Notes under the pieces: generated by a model
Told to the model about the DNA's origin: nothing
The model's database searches: none
The model's input: only the letters and a program-made list of their open reading frames with translations
Program-made: the position numbers and the translations under genes
Part shown: positions 45,599 to 54,707 of the stretch, one piece after another
Layout: every line of letters begins with the position of its first letter
Numbering within the stretch: position 1 is the first letter of the stretch
DNA from: Alphaproteobacteria bacterium
GTDB taxonomy: Bacteria; Pseudomonadota; Alphaproteobacteria; UBA828
Length of the DNA: 64,000 bases
Direction of reading: 5' to 3'
NCBI GenBank assembly: GCA_965214705.1
Contig: CBDCCI010000002.1
Span: forward strand, 2,912,001-2,976,000

Positions 45599-45660
45599 CT
45601 CACAGCCGCACCGGGGGATGGTGGCGACGGCACTGAACCCCGCAGCAAGGCCCCGGATCG
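45599..45660 (+). repeat. ~60-bp direct repeat, copy 1
   Basis: CTCACAGCCGCACCGGGGATGGTGGCGACGGCACTGAACC..., identical for about 40 bp to the copy at 53994. Confidence 0.9.
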
Positions 45661-45852
45661 AACCCAAAGCACAACTGGCGCGTCGGGTGGCTAAGCCTCC
45701 GCGCTGCACGAGATCGAGCAGATCGACGACGCCATTAGTCGGATCGGGCTTGGGGAGCGGCTGTTCCCGAGACACCGGCTCGCGGCAGCAACGCCCAGTG
45801 CCTGCCGACGCTTCGCGATCTGTACATCTGCATTTTCCGCCGCCCCTGTCGA

Positions 45853-47475
45853 TCAGTCGAGTGCGACCTCCCCAGCGACCTCGTCGTGCGCGCCGGCAAG
45901 CGGCACGCCTCTCTCCAGGCCCTTCATGTGGTGGGCGATGCGCCACAGATGGTAGCTGACCCGGTAGAGCCATCGCATGGCGTCGAGCCGCATGAGCGTT
46001 GTTTCCGTATCCACCTCCGACGAGACCGCCGAAGTCACCATGGATTCCCGATAATGACCTCGCCGCCGGCCCAGCATTTGTGTGATCCGATCGAACCTTT
46101 CCAATTCTGACGCGATGTCCGCTTCGGCAGAGCGGTTCAGCGCGTCGCAAAGAACCAGGGAAAGGCGTCGGAGCCGATGCTCGGTGCGCAGGGTCCTCAC
46201 GCGGTCCTCCTGTTGGCCGCGATGAAGCAGGCGCAATGAATGATCCAGGATGTGGATTGTGGCGGCGTGGCGGCTTCGGAATTCCTGATCCAGGGAGTCG
46301 CTACGGATCCGGTCAACGAACGTTCTCGTTCGGACAAGCGCGTCGCTGAGTGCGGTATTCTCCGCCGGTTCTGCGGGTCCTGCGTGCCGGGGATCGAGCA
46401 ACTTCCTGAACGCCGCCGTCACGTGCCCGACGATATCGCTGGCAGTCGAGGTTGCCGCGTAGACCGCAAGCGCCGGATCGTCGAGCAGGCGGTCGTCGAG
46501 GCGGCGTGTGAGCGCCGGCCCCCGATCCGGAAACAGGAATATGATGAGGCGGGCGAACGGCTCCGCAAAGGGAAGCACGAAGGCCACGCCCAGAACGTTG
46601 AAGGCAGTGTGGAAGCCCACCAGTGCGAACTGGGCTGCTTCAACACCACCGCCGGCGAGCCAACGTTCGGTAAGCAGCGCGTAGAGATCGAGAAGGCAGA
46701 AGGCGAGCACGCCGGTCATCAGGTTGTAGATCACATGCGCGAAGCCTGTGCGCCGCGTCGCCGTCGAGCCGCCCACGGTCGCGAGCGCGGCTTTGAAAGT
46801 GGTACCGACGTCCATGCCGATCGCCATTGCTGCGGCCTGCGGGAAAGAGATTGCACCGCTTCCCAGGGCCGCGAGCGCCGTCGCCACGCCGACGCTCGAC
46901 GACTGTGTTACCAGCGTGATTGCAACGCCGATCAGTACCAGCAGCAGCCGTCCGCCCAGGCTGTCATCCGGAAAATCAGCGGGCGTCACGATGCCCTCGA
47001 ACCGGGACATGCCCTCTTGCATGGTGGCGATACCGATGAAGAGCACGCCGAATCCGGCGAGCGCCCAGCCGGCTGCTGCCAGGCGCGAGCCTCCGAACAA
47101 GCGCAACAGAGCGCCGACAAGGACCAGCGGCAGGACGGCGCTGCCGAGGCTGAGCTTGAAGCCCAGGAGCGCCACAAGCCAGCCGGTGATCGTCGTTCCG
47201 ATGTTGGCGCCCAGGACGATGCCGAGGCCCTGCGGAAAGGTCAGCAGCCCGGCTCCGACGAAGCCGACCGCCGTCACCGTCGTCACGCTCGACGACTGTA
47301 CGATTGCCGTGACGACCGCGCCCGCGGCAGCGCCTTTCCAGGGGCTGCTCGTGAACTGCGCCAGCACGCGTTGCATGGAGCCGCCGGCTATGTCGCGCAG
47401 TCCCTGCGTCAGGATGACCATGCCCAGCAGAAACAGTCCAATCCCGCCGAGCGCGACTGGAACGTCTCCATACAT
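45853..47475 (-). CDS. Na/Pi cotransporter family protein
   Basis: GGIGLFLLGM, VQSSS, GANIGTT, TQSSS. Confidence 0.92.
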   Translation of the reverse strand: MYGDVPVALGGIGLFLLGMVILTQGLRDIAGGSMQRVLAQFTSSPWKGAAAGAVVTAIVQSSSVTTVTAVGFVGAGLLTFPQGLGIVLGANIGTTITGWLVALLGFKLSLGSAVLPLVLVGALLRLFGGSRLAAAGWALAGFGVLFIGIATMQEGMSRFEGIVTPADFPDDSLGGRLLLVLIGVAITLVTQSSSVGVATALAALGSGAISFPQAAAMAIGMDVGTTFKAALATVGGSTATRRTGFAHVIYNLMTGVLAFCLLDLYALLTERWLAGGGVEAAQFALVGFHTAFNVLGVAFVLPFAEPFARLIIFLFPDRGPALTRRLDDRLLDDPALAVYAATSTASDIVGHVTAAFRKLLDPRHAGPAEPAENTALSDALVRTRTFVDRIRSDSLDQEFRSRHAATIHILDHSLRLLHRGQQEDRVRTLRTEHRLRRLSLVLCDALNRSAEADIASELERFDRITQMLGRRRGHYRESMVTSAVSSEVDTETTLMRLDAMRWLYRVSYHLWRIAHHMKGLERGVPLAGAHDEVAGEVALD

Positions 47476-47523
47476 GGTCCGGCTAAGCGAGCCCGGCCCG
47501 GCCGGAGAGGCTATGCGGGCAGG

Positions 47524-49119
47524 TCACCGGTCCGAAGCCTCTGGGGTGCGCCAAAAGGGCTTGGCGGCAGCAAAGGCGCGCCAGTCCTCGGCGAGGCTGG
47601 TGCGGGTTTCCTTGCAGACACGGGCGTGCCAGCCGATGACCTGCCCCGCCGCAACGGAGAGCGCCGCGAGATCGCCGCTCTTCCGATGATCGCGAAGCAG
47701 TGCCGTCAGGTGTCGCTCCGCGACAGCGGCATCGTTCAGGCGGCCCAGGCCGCCCTGGAGCCCGCGCGCCGCTCTGATGTAGGCATTGGATTTGCTTTCG
47801 GGGAACTGACCGGCGAAGAATTCGCACGGGTATCGCAGCTTCTTGAGCACGATCCTGAGCCGATGGAGTCCGCTGTCGGAGAGGTTCTCGAAGCCACGGC
47901 CGCGCTTGAAGACCCGCTCGTGGCGCTCGTCGAGAAGACGCCCGGCGAGGCCCGCAAGCGGCCGGTCGAGAACGGCGGGGTCAACCTTCTCCTGCCAGGC
48001 CGCTGTCTCGGTCCAGCGACCGAAGCGAAGCAGGAACGTGGTGAATTCAGGGTCACGCAATGCTTCCGCCCGTCGGTACGCGCGCTCGCGTTGCGCGTCG
48101 GCTGCTGCGGCAAGGCACACGAGGGTCTTGTCGTCCGGCCGCGCTGCCTGGACCGCCGCCAGAATTTCAGTGACGAATACGTCCCAGTCGCGGGCCGGGC
48201 CCAGCAAGTCGATGAGGAGCTTGGCCTCGCGCTCCAGCCACACAAGATCAACGGTCGAGAGAACGGGCTTGAAAGTGGAGAGCATCGAGCGCAGCCGACG
48301 CAGTGCAACACGAAACTGATGCACTCCTTCTGGATCGTCACCGTCCAGCACCGCATCCAGATTCGCCGCACAGTGGTCGGCGCAAGCGAGAAAGATCGCC
48401 CTCAAGGCACTGTCCACCGAGATACCTGGTTCCAGTGCCAGCGCGGGAGCCTTGTGACCGGTATATCCTTCTGCTCCGGCGAGGACGTACCCGCGCTTGG
48501 CTTTGCTGGCCGTCTGAATGCGGAACGACGCGGAGCCCTGCAGAGCCATGGCGAGTTCGTAGAGCGCGCTTGTCGGACCTTCGATCAGCTCAAGTTCGAG
48601 CTCCGAAACCGCATCCCGCTTCCCCTGGGCTTTGATCTCTCCGCTGTCGAGCGCGAGCTCGACCAGGGCGGCCCCGTGATCGAGTGCGGCGACCTCGACT
48701 CTGGCCGTCCGGCGCGTGACATCGGTGCAGAAGACCGGAGTCAGCTCCGCCGGTCCGAGTGGCCCGACCGTGTCGTGGACCGATGGATCTGACGCAAAGG
48801 GGAGGCTGGGCAGTGGCGTCTCGACCGGCCGCGACCATTCCTGGCGTCTGAGGATCAGACCGGGCCCGAAAGGCTCTTTCGACTTCAGGGTCTGGACCAG
48901 ACGTTCCCCGTCTTCACGAATGCGCAGTGTGAAGCCACAGCGGCGCAGGCGGAAGTCGCGCGTATCGTAATAGGTGCTGCGCAGCCGATGCGACGCATAG
49001 TCTGCATCCCCGGATACGGCCGTCCGCCAGCCTCGCTCAAGGGCGGCGGGATTGCCGGCGAGCGTCAGCTCGACCTCAGGCGCCGGCCCACCCTTTGCGG
49101 CTGCAGTTCCCCTTGTCAC
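47524..49119 (-). CDS. CYTH and CHAD domain protein
   Basis: EVEL, YYDT, LRIR, ELELEL (CYTH); HQFRVALRRLRS, LGPARDWDV, KKLRY, LGRLND (CHAD). Confidence 0.92.
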   Translation of the reverse strand: MTRGTAAAKGGPAPEVELTLAGNPAALERGWRTAVSGDADYASHRLRSTYYDTRDFRLRRCGFTLRIREDGERLVQTLKSKEPFGPGLILRRQEWSRPVETPLPSLPFASDPSVHDTVGPLGPAELTPVFCTDVTRRTARVEVAALDHGAALVELALDSGEIKAQGKRDAVSELELELIEGPTSALYELAMALQGSASFRIQTASKAKRGYVLAGAEGYTGHKAPALALEPGISVDSALRAIFLACADHCAANLDAVLDGDDPEGVHQFRVALRRLRSMLSTFKPVLSTVDLVWLEREAKLLIDLLGPARDWDVFVTEILAAVQAARPDDKTLVCLAAAADAQRERAYRRAEALRDPEFTTFLLRFGRWTETAAWQEKVDPAVLDRPLAGLAGRLLDERHERVFKRGRGFENLSDSGLHRLRIVLKKLRYPCEFFAGQFPESKSNAYIRAARGLQGGLGRLNDAAVAERHLTALLRDHRKSGDLAALSVAAGQVIGWHARVCKETRTSLAEDWRAFAAAKPFWRTPEASDR

Positions 49120-49417
49120 TGTCGAATTCGCCCTTCGATCAACGGCCCCGCTATTGAACGCGCTTCAGCGTTCGTCCCCGGGAGGCTCCCATACCGGTGT
49201 CCGTCCGCCAGGAGTTGAAGCTGGCATCGCGCGAAGTACGGGAGTGAGCACCAAATGATTCTAAGTAACTACCCAGGTACCCCGCCGCCAGATCTGAGTG
49301 CGTGCTGATGTTGGTCGCCGCCGGTGCCGTTTGGCCGTCGGCGCATCGATGATCTGCCCCTTGACTGTATAGGCGCGCTCGCCTATGGGTTGCTCTCTCG
49401 CATGAGAGGAGCAGCCG

Positions 49418-50086
49418 GTGGGGTATTTCGGATCGAAGGCGACGACCGGTCTGAGCCAGGCGCTGATTGCGCTGATGCCCCCGCACTCTGTCTATATCGA
49501 GAGCCACTTGGGGGGCGGGGCGCTGATGAAGCGCAAGCCTGCGGCCGTGCGCTTGATCGGGATTGACCGCGACGAGCGGGCGCTTGAGTCCTTCGACTGT
49601 GGCTACCCGGTGGAGTTGGTGCACGGCTGCGCCCACTCCTTTCTGGCCTCGTTCCCGTTCCTGGGCCCGGAGCTGGTCTACAGCGATCCGCCCTATCTGC
49701 ACGCGACCCGGCGTTCGTCGCAGCGCTACCGCTTCGAGTACGAGGAGGCCGACCACGTCGCGCTCCTCGAACTGCTCAAGGGTCTGCCCTGCCAGGTGAT
49801 GGTCTCGGGCCACCCGTCTGCGCTCTATGACGAGTTGCTGGCGGGCTGGCGCCGGCTGGCGCTGCAGGTGACGACCCAGGCCCAGGTGCGGACCGAGGTG
49901 GTGTGGTTCAACTTCGCGCCCGACCGGGTGCACTGGGCGAGCTGCGCGGGCCGCAACTTCACCGACCGCCAGCGCATCAAGCGCAAGGCGGCCAACTGGG
50001 GCCGGCGCTACGAGGCCATGCCGGCGGGCGAACGCCTGGCGGTGCTGGCCGCGATCATGGCCGTCGAGGCTGACGAGGGTTTGTGA
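49418..50086 (+). CDS. Compact Dam/D12-class N6-adenine DNA methyltransferase
   Basis: YFGSK, YIESHLGGGA (SAM binding), YSDPPY (catalytic), RTEVVWFN. Confidence 0.9.
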   Translation: MGYFGSKATTGLSQALIALMPPHSVYIESHLGGGALMKRKPAAVRLIGIDRDERALESFDCGYPVELVHGCAHSFLASFPFLGPELVYSDPPYLHATRRSSQRYRFEYEEADHVALLELLKGLPCQVMVSGHPSALYDELLAGWRRLALQVTTQAQVRTEVVWFNFAPDRVHWASCAGRNFTDRQRIKRKAANWGRRYEAMPAGERLAVLAAIMAVEADEGL

Positions 50087-51645
50087 CAGTGTCGCGCTGG
50101 CACGCGGACCTCGCCGCTCACGACGAGGCTTTCGCGTGCCTGCAGGACCTTTTCACCCCACAATCCTTCGCGATGACCGCCGTCAAAGCCATCCGGGAAT
50201 GGGGCCAGGGGCTGCTTCGCCTGAGCGCGGCGCTGGTCAAGGAGAACGACGCGCTGGAGCGGGAGAACGCCCGCTTGCGCGAGCGGATCGCCGAACTTGA
50301 GCGCAGCGCCGCGCTCGACAGCACCACCAGCTCCAAGCCGCCGGCCAGCGACGGCCTGAAGAAGAAGAGCGGAGACCAGGAGAAGAAGAGCGGAGACCAG
50401 GAGAAGCGCACCCGGAGCCGGCGCGGCAAATCCGACAGGCCCAGCGGCGGTCAGCCGGGCCACAAGGGAACCACCCTGGAGCGGACCGAGAACCCGGACC
50501 ACGTCGTGGATCATGATCCGTCCGCCTGTGAGGGCTGCGGCGCGCCGCTGTCGGACGCCGACCGTCACGGAGCCCCCGTCTGCCGGCAGGTCTTCGATGT
50601 GCCCGAGCCGCAGCCCCTCGAGGCCACCGAGCATCGCGGCCATCGCTGCCTCTGCGCCGCCTGCGGTACCATGACAACAGCCGCCTTCCCGAACGGCGTG
50701 AGCGCCCCGGTCCAGTACGGGCCGCGCATCACCGCGTGGGTGACCTACCTGCTGCACGCTCAGTTCATTCCGGAGAAGCGCGTCGCCGAGGTCATGAGCG
50801 ATCTCTTCGCGGTCAAGATCTCAACGGCCACCATCGCCGCCATGGGCCGGCGCACCGCCCGGCGCTTCGAGGGCTTCCTCGATCGTGTCGCAGAGATCAT
50901 CCGCACCGAAGCCCCGGTCAAACACCTCGACGAGACCGGCATCCGCATCGCCGCCCGGACCCATTGGCTCCACGTGCTGTGCACCCCGTTGCTGACCATC
51001 CTGCGCGTCGCCAGCGGGCGCGGCCATTTCGACGAGAAGCTCAACGGCATCGTCATCCATGACGACTATGCCACCTACTTCGCTCTCGAGGGCGTGCGCC
51101 ACGGGGCCTGCAACGCCCATCACCTGCGTGAGCTCCAGGCCCTGATCGAGATCGAGAAGGAAGACTGGGCAACGAGCACGCACCAGCTGCTCTCCCGTGC
51201 CAACAGAGCCGCCCGCTTCGCCCGCAAGAATGATCGCGACGTGCCCGCATCACTGGTCGCCCGCATCTCGCGAGCCTGGGACCGCATCCTCGAACGTGCC
51301 ATCGCCGCTCACGAAGAGATGCCGCCGCTCCAGACCGGAAAGCGCGGACGACAAAAGCGCCGCATCGGTCACAACCTCGCGCTCCGGCTCCAGAAGTACA
51401 AGGAGGGGTGCCTGCGCTTCCTCACCGACCCGCGAACCCCGTTCTCGAACAATGAGGCGGAGCGCGATCTGCGAATGGGCAAGCTGCGTCAGAAAATCTC
51501 AGGCGGCTTCCGCTCGATGCAAGGTGCCTGCGACTTCGCCAACCTGCGGTCCGTCATCGCCACCGCTCGAAAACAGCGCTGGAATGTCCTCGAAACCCTG
51601 GCGCACCCCGATCCCATGCAGCTAATCCCGGTACTGCGCTTCTGA
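50083..51645 (+). CDS. IS66 family transposase (ISBst12-like single ORF)
   Basis: TSSKPPASD, GGQPGHKG, zinc finger CEGC...CAAC, HLDETG, CNAHHLREL, NNEAERDLR, KISGGFRS. Confidence 0.95.
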   Translation: MTVSRWHADLAAHDEAFACLQDLFTPQSFAMTAVKAIREWGQGLLRLSAALVKENDALERENARLRERIAELERSAALDSTTSSKPPASDGLKKKSGDQEKKSGDQEKRTRSRRGKSDRPSGGQPGHKGTTLERTENPDHVVDHDPSACEGCGAPLSDADRHGAPVCRQVFDVPEPQPLEATEHRGHRCLCAACGTMTTAAFPNGVSAPVQYGPRITAWVTYLLHAQFIPEKRVAEVMSDLFAVKISTATIAAMGRRTARRFEGFLDRVAEIIRTEAPVKHLDETGIRIAARTHWLHVLCTPLLTILRVASGRGHFDEKLNGIVIHDDYATYFALEGVRHGACNAHHLRELQALIEIEKEDWATSTHQLLSRANRAARFARKNDRDVPASLVARISRAWDRILERAIAAHEEMPPLQTGKRGRQKRRIGHNLALRLQKYKEGCLRFLTDPRTPFSNNEAERDLRMGKLRQKISGGFRSMQGACDFANLRSVIATARKQRWNVLETLAHPDPMQLIPVLRF

Positions 51646-51891
51646 AATCCCCCGCCGCTCCGCTCCACGTCAGCGGCACCAGGCCAGAGGCATCAGTCCA
51701 TCACGCGTGAGTGCTCGGCGGAATCAGACCTGGGCAGTTACGATTCTAAGACCAATCTGTCGATCTTGTGACGCGAACGTATGAGTTAATCGTCCTCCAA
51801 TTCGTGAATGTCTTGCATTCTTTCCCAGCGCCGCGTAATCAGTTTATGCGATGATATTTCGCAGCCCCAATTTTCTCCTGTCTCTGACGCT

Positions 51892-53570
51892 GGGTGTAGG
51901 TCTGGCATGGCGATCGTAAGTCATTGATTTAGCGCGATTGGCGGGTGGCCGTAGGCAGCCAGAATCGGGTTTTCGTGACAATCGGCCGGTGCAGGGCCGG
52001 ATTTTGTCACAACGGCGGCATCCAGCAGTGGTGGGTGGGAACGCTCCGCACCGCGAGATGCGGTAGGATGCCGCGCCGACAACCCAACATCAGACCCAAC
52101 ATCAGGAGCGTTCCCATGCCAGTGTCGCAGTCTCTCATCGCCTCGTCCATCGACCTTTTGGGCCTGCCTGCCGAAGTCGCCGAAGCGGTCGCCCAGGTGG
52201 TGGAGTTCTGTCGCGAACAGGCTGGGTCTGACCCGTCTGCCGAGACGTTCGAAACGGTTGAGACGGGGCTGCGGGACGCCATGAACGGCTTGGGTTGCAA
52301 GCTCCTTGGGGCCTTCGCCGAGAGCCGCGACGACGGTGCGAGCCGGATCGAGCGCGACGGACAGAGCTGGGTCCGGGTGGCGGCGACGCCGAAGACGATC
52401 ATGACGACGCTCGGTCCCGTGACCTATCGGCGTGCGCGCTATCGCAGCGGCGCGAGCAGCACGTCGCTGGTGCCGGTGGACGAGAGCCTGGGCCTCATCG
52501 ACGACTACCTGACGCGGCCGGCGGCGCAGCTCGGGCTGATGATGATGGGCCACTGTACGCCGCGTGAAGCGGAGGAGTTCTTCGCGAAAATGGGCGGAAT
52601 GACGCCGTCGGTGAGCACGCTGCAGCGCCTGGCCCTGAGCATGCATGAGCACTGGGAGAGCGTCGCCCCGGAGACGCTGGCCAGCATCCGTGAAACCCAG
52701 GGCATACCGCCCGATGCGGTCACCGCGTCCGTCTCCCTTGACGGCGTCATGGTGGCGCTGCGGGCCGGCGAGGACGGCCGTGCCGAGGCGTGCTGGCGCG
52801 AGGCCTCTTGCGGCACGGTCTCCTTCCACGACGCCGAGGGCCAACGGCTGAAGACCCTCTATCTCGGCCGTATGCCCGAGAGCGGCAAGGCCGCGCTGAA
52901 AGCGCAACTTGCAAGCGAGGTCGCCCATATCCGCCGTGTGAGCCCGAAGATCAGGATCGGCGCCGTCGCCGACGGGGCCGCCGACAACTGGACCTTCCTC
53001 GAAAGCCTCTCGCCCGAGACCGAGGTCATCGACTTCTGGCACGCTTGCGAGCATCTCCGCGTGGCCTCTGACCATGCGGTGGCGCGCCACTGGTTCGAGA
53101 AGCACCGCGAAATCCTGCGCCACGACCCCCGCGGCGTCGACAAGGTGATCCGGGCACTGCGCTACCTCCTGGACAGGGCAAAGGGGGACCCGGCCGAGAT
53201 CGAGCGCGAGCTGGCCTTCTTCCGAAAGCACCGCCATCGGATGCGCTACCACGCCCTGAAGGAAGAGGGCATCGCCATCGGCTCGGGTGTGGTCGAGGCG
53301 GCCTGCAAGACCCTCGTCGCGCAGCGCTTGAAACGCTCGGGCATGCGCTGGCGGATCGACGGCGGGCAGGCGGTTCTGACCTTCCGCGCCCTGATCAAAT
53401 CCGGCCTCTTCGACCGGGCATGGGATGCGCTCATGGACGCCCGATCCGGACCAGCTAACGACAACATCAGCCCAACCGAAGTCCTGGCACTCGCTGCTTG
53501 ACCAAAATGAACCAGCCCATATCCTTTAGCGCCATCACGACTGGCATATCGCCATACGAGAATCACACCC
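51892..53570 (+). mobile_element. ISKra4/ISLre2-type insertion sequence (1679 bp)
   Basis: Imperfect TIRs GGGTGTAGGTCTGGCATGGCGAT / GGGTGTGATTCTCGTATGGCGAT; 8-bp TSD CTGACGCT at 51884-51891 and 53571-53578. Confidence 0.92.
52116..53501 (+). CDS. ISKra4/ISLre2 (UPF0236, mutator-like) transposase
   Basis: SLDGVMV, ADGAADNW, DFWHACEHL, IGSGVVEAACK, RLKRSGMRW. Confidence 0.9.
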   Translation: MPVSQSLIASSIDLLGLPAEVAEAVAQVVEFCREQAGSDPSAETFETVETGLRDAMNGLGCKLLGAFAESRDDGASRIERDGQSWVRVAATPKTIMTTLGPVTYRRARYRSGASSTSLVPVDESLGLIDDYLTRPAAQLGLMMMGHCTPREAEEFFAKMGGMTPSVSTLQRLALSMHEHWESVAPETLASIRETQGIPPDAVTASVSLDGVMVALRAGEDGRAEACWREASCGTVSFHDAEGQRLKTLYLGRMPESGKAALKAQLASEVAHIRRVSPKIRIGAVADGAADNWTFLESLSPETEVIDFWHACEHLRVASDHAVARHWFEKHREILRHDPRGVDKVIRALRYLLDRAKGDPAEIERELAFFRKHRHRMRYHALKEEGIAIGSGVVEAACKTLVAQRLKRSGMRWRIDGGQAVLTFRALIKSGLFDRAWDALMDARSGPANDNISPTEVLALAA

Positions 53571-53676
53571 CTGACGCTTTTATTGGTGATCTTCAGTCCT
53601 ATGAATTGCGTTGACCAGTGATTTGGCCATACTTTCGAATCGGCCGCCTCTTTTATATATCAAGTCTGGGTCCATT

Positions 53677-53713
53677 CAATTCGGGATTCATACTTAGGTG
53701 AAATTGCGTAGCG
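53677..53713. promoter_or_regulatory. 37-bp conserved motif, copy 2
   Basis: CAATTCGGGATTCATACTTAGGTGAAATTGCGTAGCG. Confidence 0.7.
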
Positions 53714-53993
53714 ACTGACCACCGGCACGGAATAAGAGCCAAAGCGCTCCTTCAGCGACAACAGCTCTCCTACCTCACTCCAGAATCGAGCCAGACTGGG
53801 TGGCAATACTCGTCATTCCCCCTCTCCGCGTGCATCATGGAGCCAGCGAATCACATCAGAGAACTATGTGCAATTGTAGTGCTATTCCTATTCCTCAAAG
53901 AACAGGTCCACGAGCTGCTCTATGCCTCCACGGGCCAATCAGCCAGCAAAGATTTCGAGTGATTATTGAGCCAGTCTCCCGATCCTTTTGGTC

Positions 53994-54055
53994 CTCACAG
54001 CCGCACCGGGGATGGTGGCGACGGCACTGAACCGCACAGCAAGCCCCTGAATCGG
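53994..54055 (+). repeat. ~60-bp direct repeat, copy 2
   Basis: Matches 45599-45660; lies just past the fixJ stop codon. Confidence 0.9.
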
Positions 54056-54085
54056 GCACAGGTCGTAACGTGTGGGTGGGCTGGC

Positions 54086-54706
54086 TTACTCGGCGAGCGG
54101 GTCGATACCGGAGACGATTGCCATGCGAACCAGGTGCGACAGGCTGCCGGCGCCCATCTTGACCATGACGTTCTTGCGGTAGATCTCGACCGTGCGCGGA
54201 CTGATGCCAAGCTCGTAGGCGGCGATCTTGTTGGGTCGACCCATGACCAATTGCTCGAACACCTCGCGCTCGCGGGGGGTCAAGGTGTCGATGCGCCGCT
54301 CAATCTCCGATCTCTCGTTCAAATGGCGTCGCAGGTTCGTTCCTGCCTCGATGGCCCGTTCCACACTCGCAATCAGGCGGTCTCGCGCCACCGGCTTCTC
54401 GATAAAGTCGATTGCGCCCGCGCGCATCGCACGCACGGCCATCGCAACGTCGCCATATGCTGTCACGATGATGACTGGAATCGTCTTCTCTTGTTCGGCC
54501 AGTCGCCGTTGAACTTCAAGCCCGTCGATTCCCGGCATCTTGATGTCCAGGACGACGCATGCAGCATCGTCGTCCGTCACTGCATCCAAGAACGCGGCAC
54601 CTGAGTCAAAGGTAGCCGTTCGGAAGCCCGCAGATTGAAGCAGCGCTTCGAGCGCCTCGCACACGGCCTCGTCGTCATCCACCACAAGAACGCGCGCGGG
54701 TGCCAT
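54086..54706 (-). CDS. fixJ: FixJ response regulator (REC + LuxR HTH)
   Basis: VVDDD, LDIKMPG, DFIEKP, LTPREREV, NKIAAYELGISPRTVE. Confidence 0.93.
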   Translation of the reverse strand: MAPARVLVVDDDEAVCEALEALLQSAGFRTATFDSGAAFLDAVTDDDAACVVLDIKMPGIDGLEVQRRLAEQEKTIPVIIVTAYGDVAMAVRAMRAGAIDFIEKPVARDRLIASVERAIEAGTNLRRHLNERSEIERRIDTLTPREREVFEQLVMGRPNKIAAYELGISPRTVEIYRKNVMVKMGAGSLSHLVRMAIVSGIDPLAE

Positions 54707-54707
54707 C

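Larger units (their letters stand above)
49265..51741 (+). mobile_element. IS66-family element (2477 bp) carrying a DNA methyltransferase
   Basis: TIRs GTAACTACCCAGGT / GTAACTGCCCAGGT (reverse complement); perfect 8-bp TSD GATTCTAA at 49257-49264 and 51742-51749. Confidence 0.95.

Noticed and set aside
49418-50086. Restriction-modification system
   Set aside because: No endonuclease gene; the MTase lies within IS boundaries
51750-51883. Gene interrupted by the two IS elements
   Set aside because: The minus-strand frames I read across the reconstructed empty site contain stops and nothing recognisable
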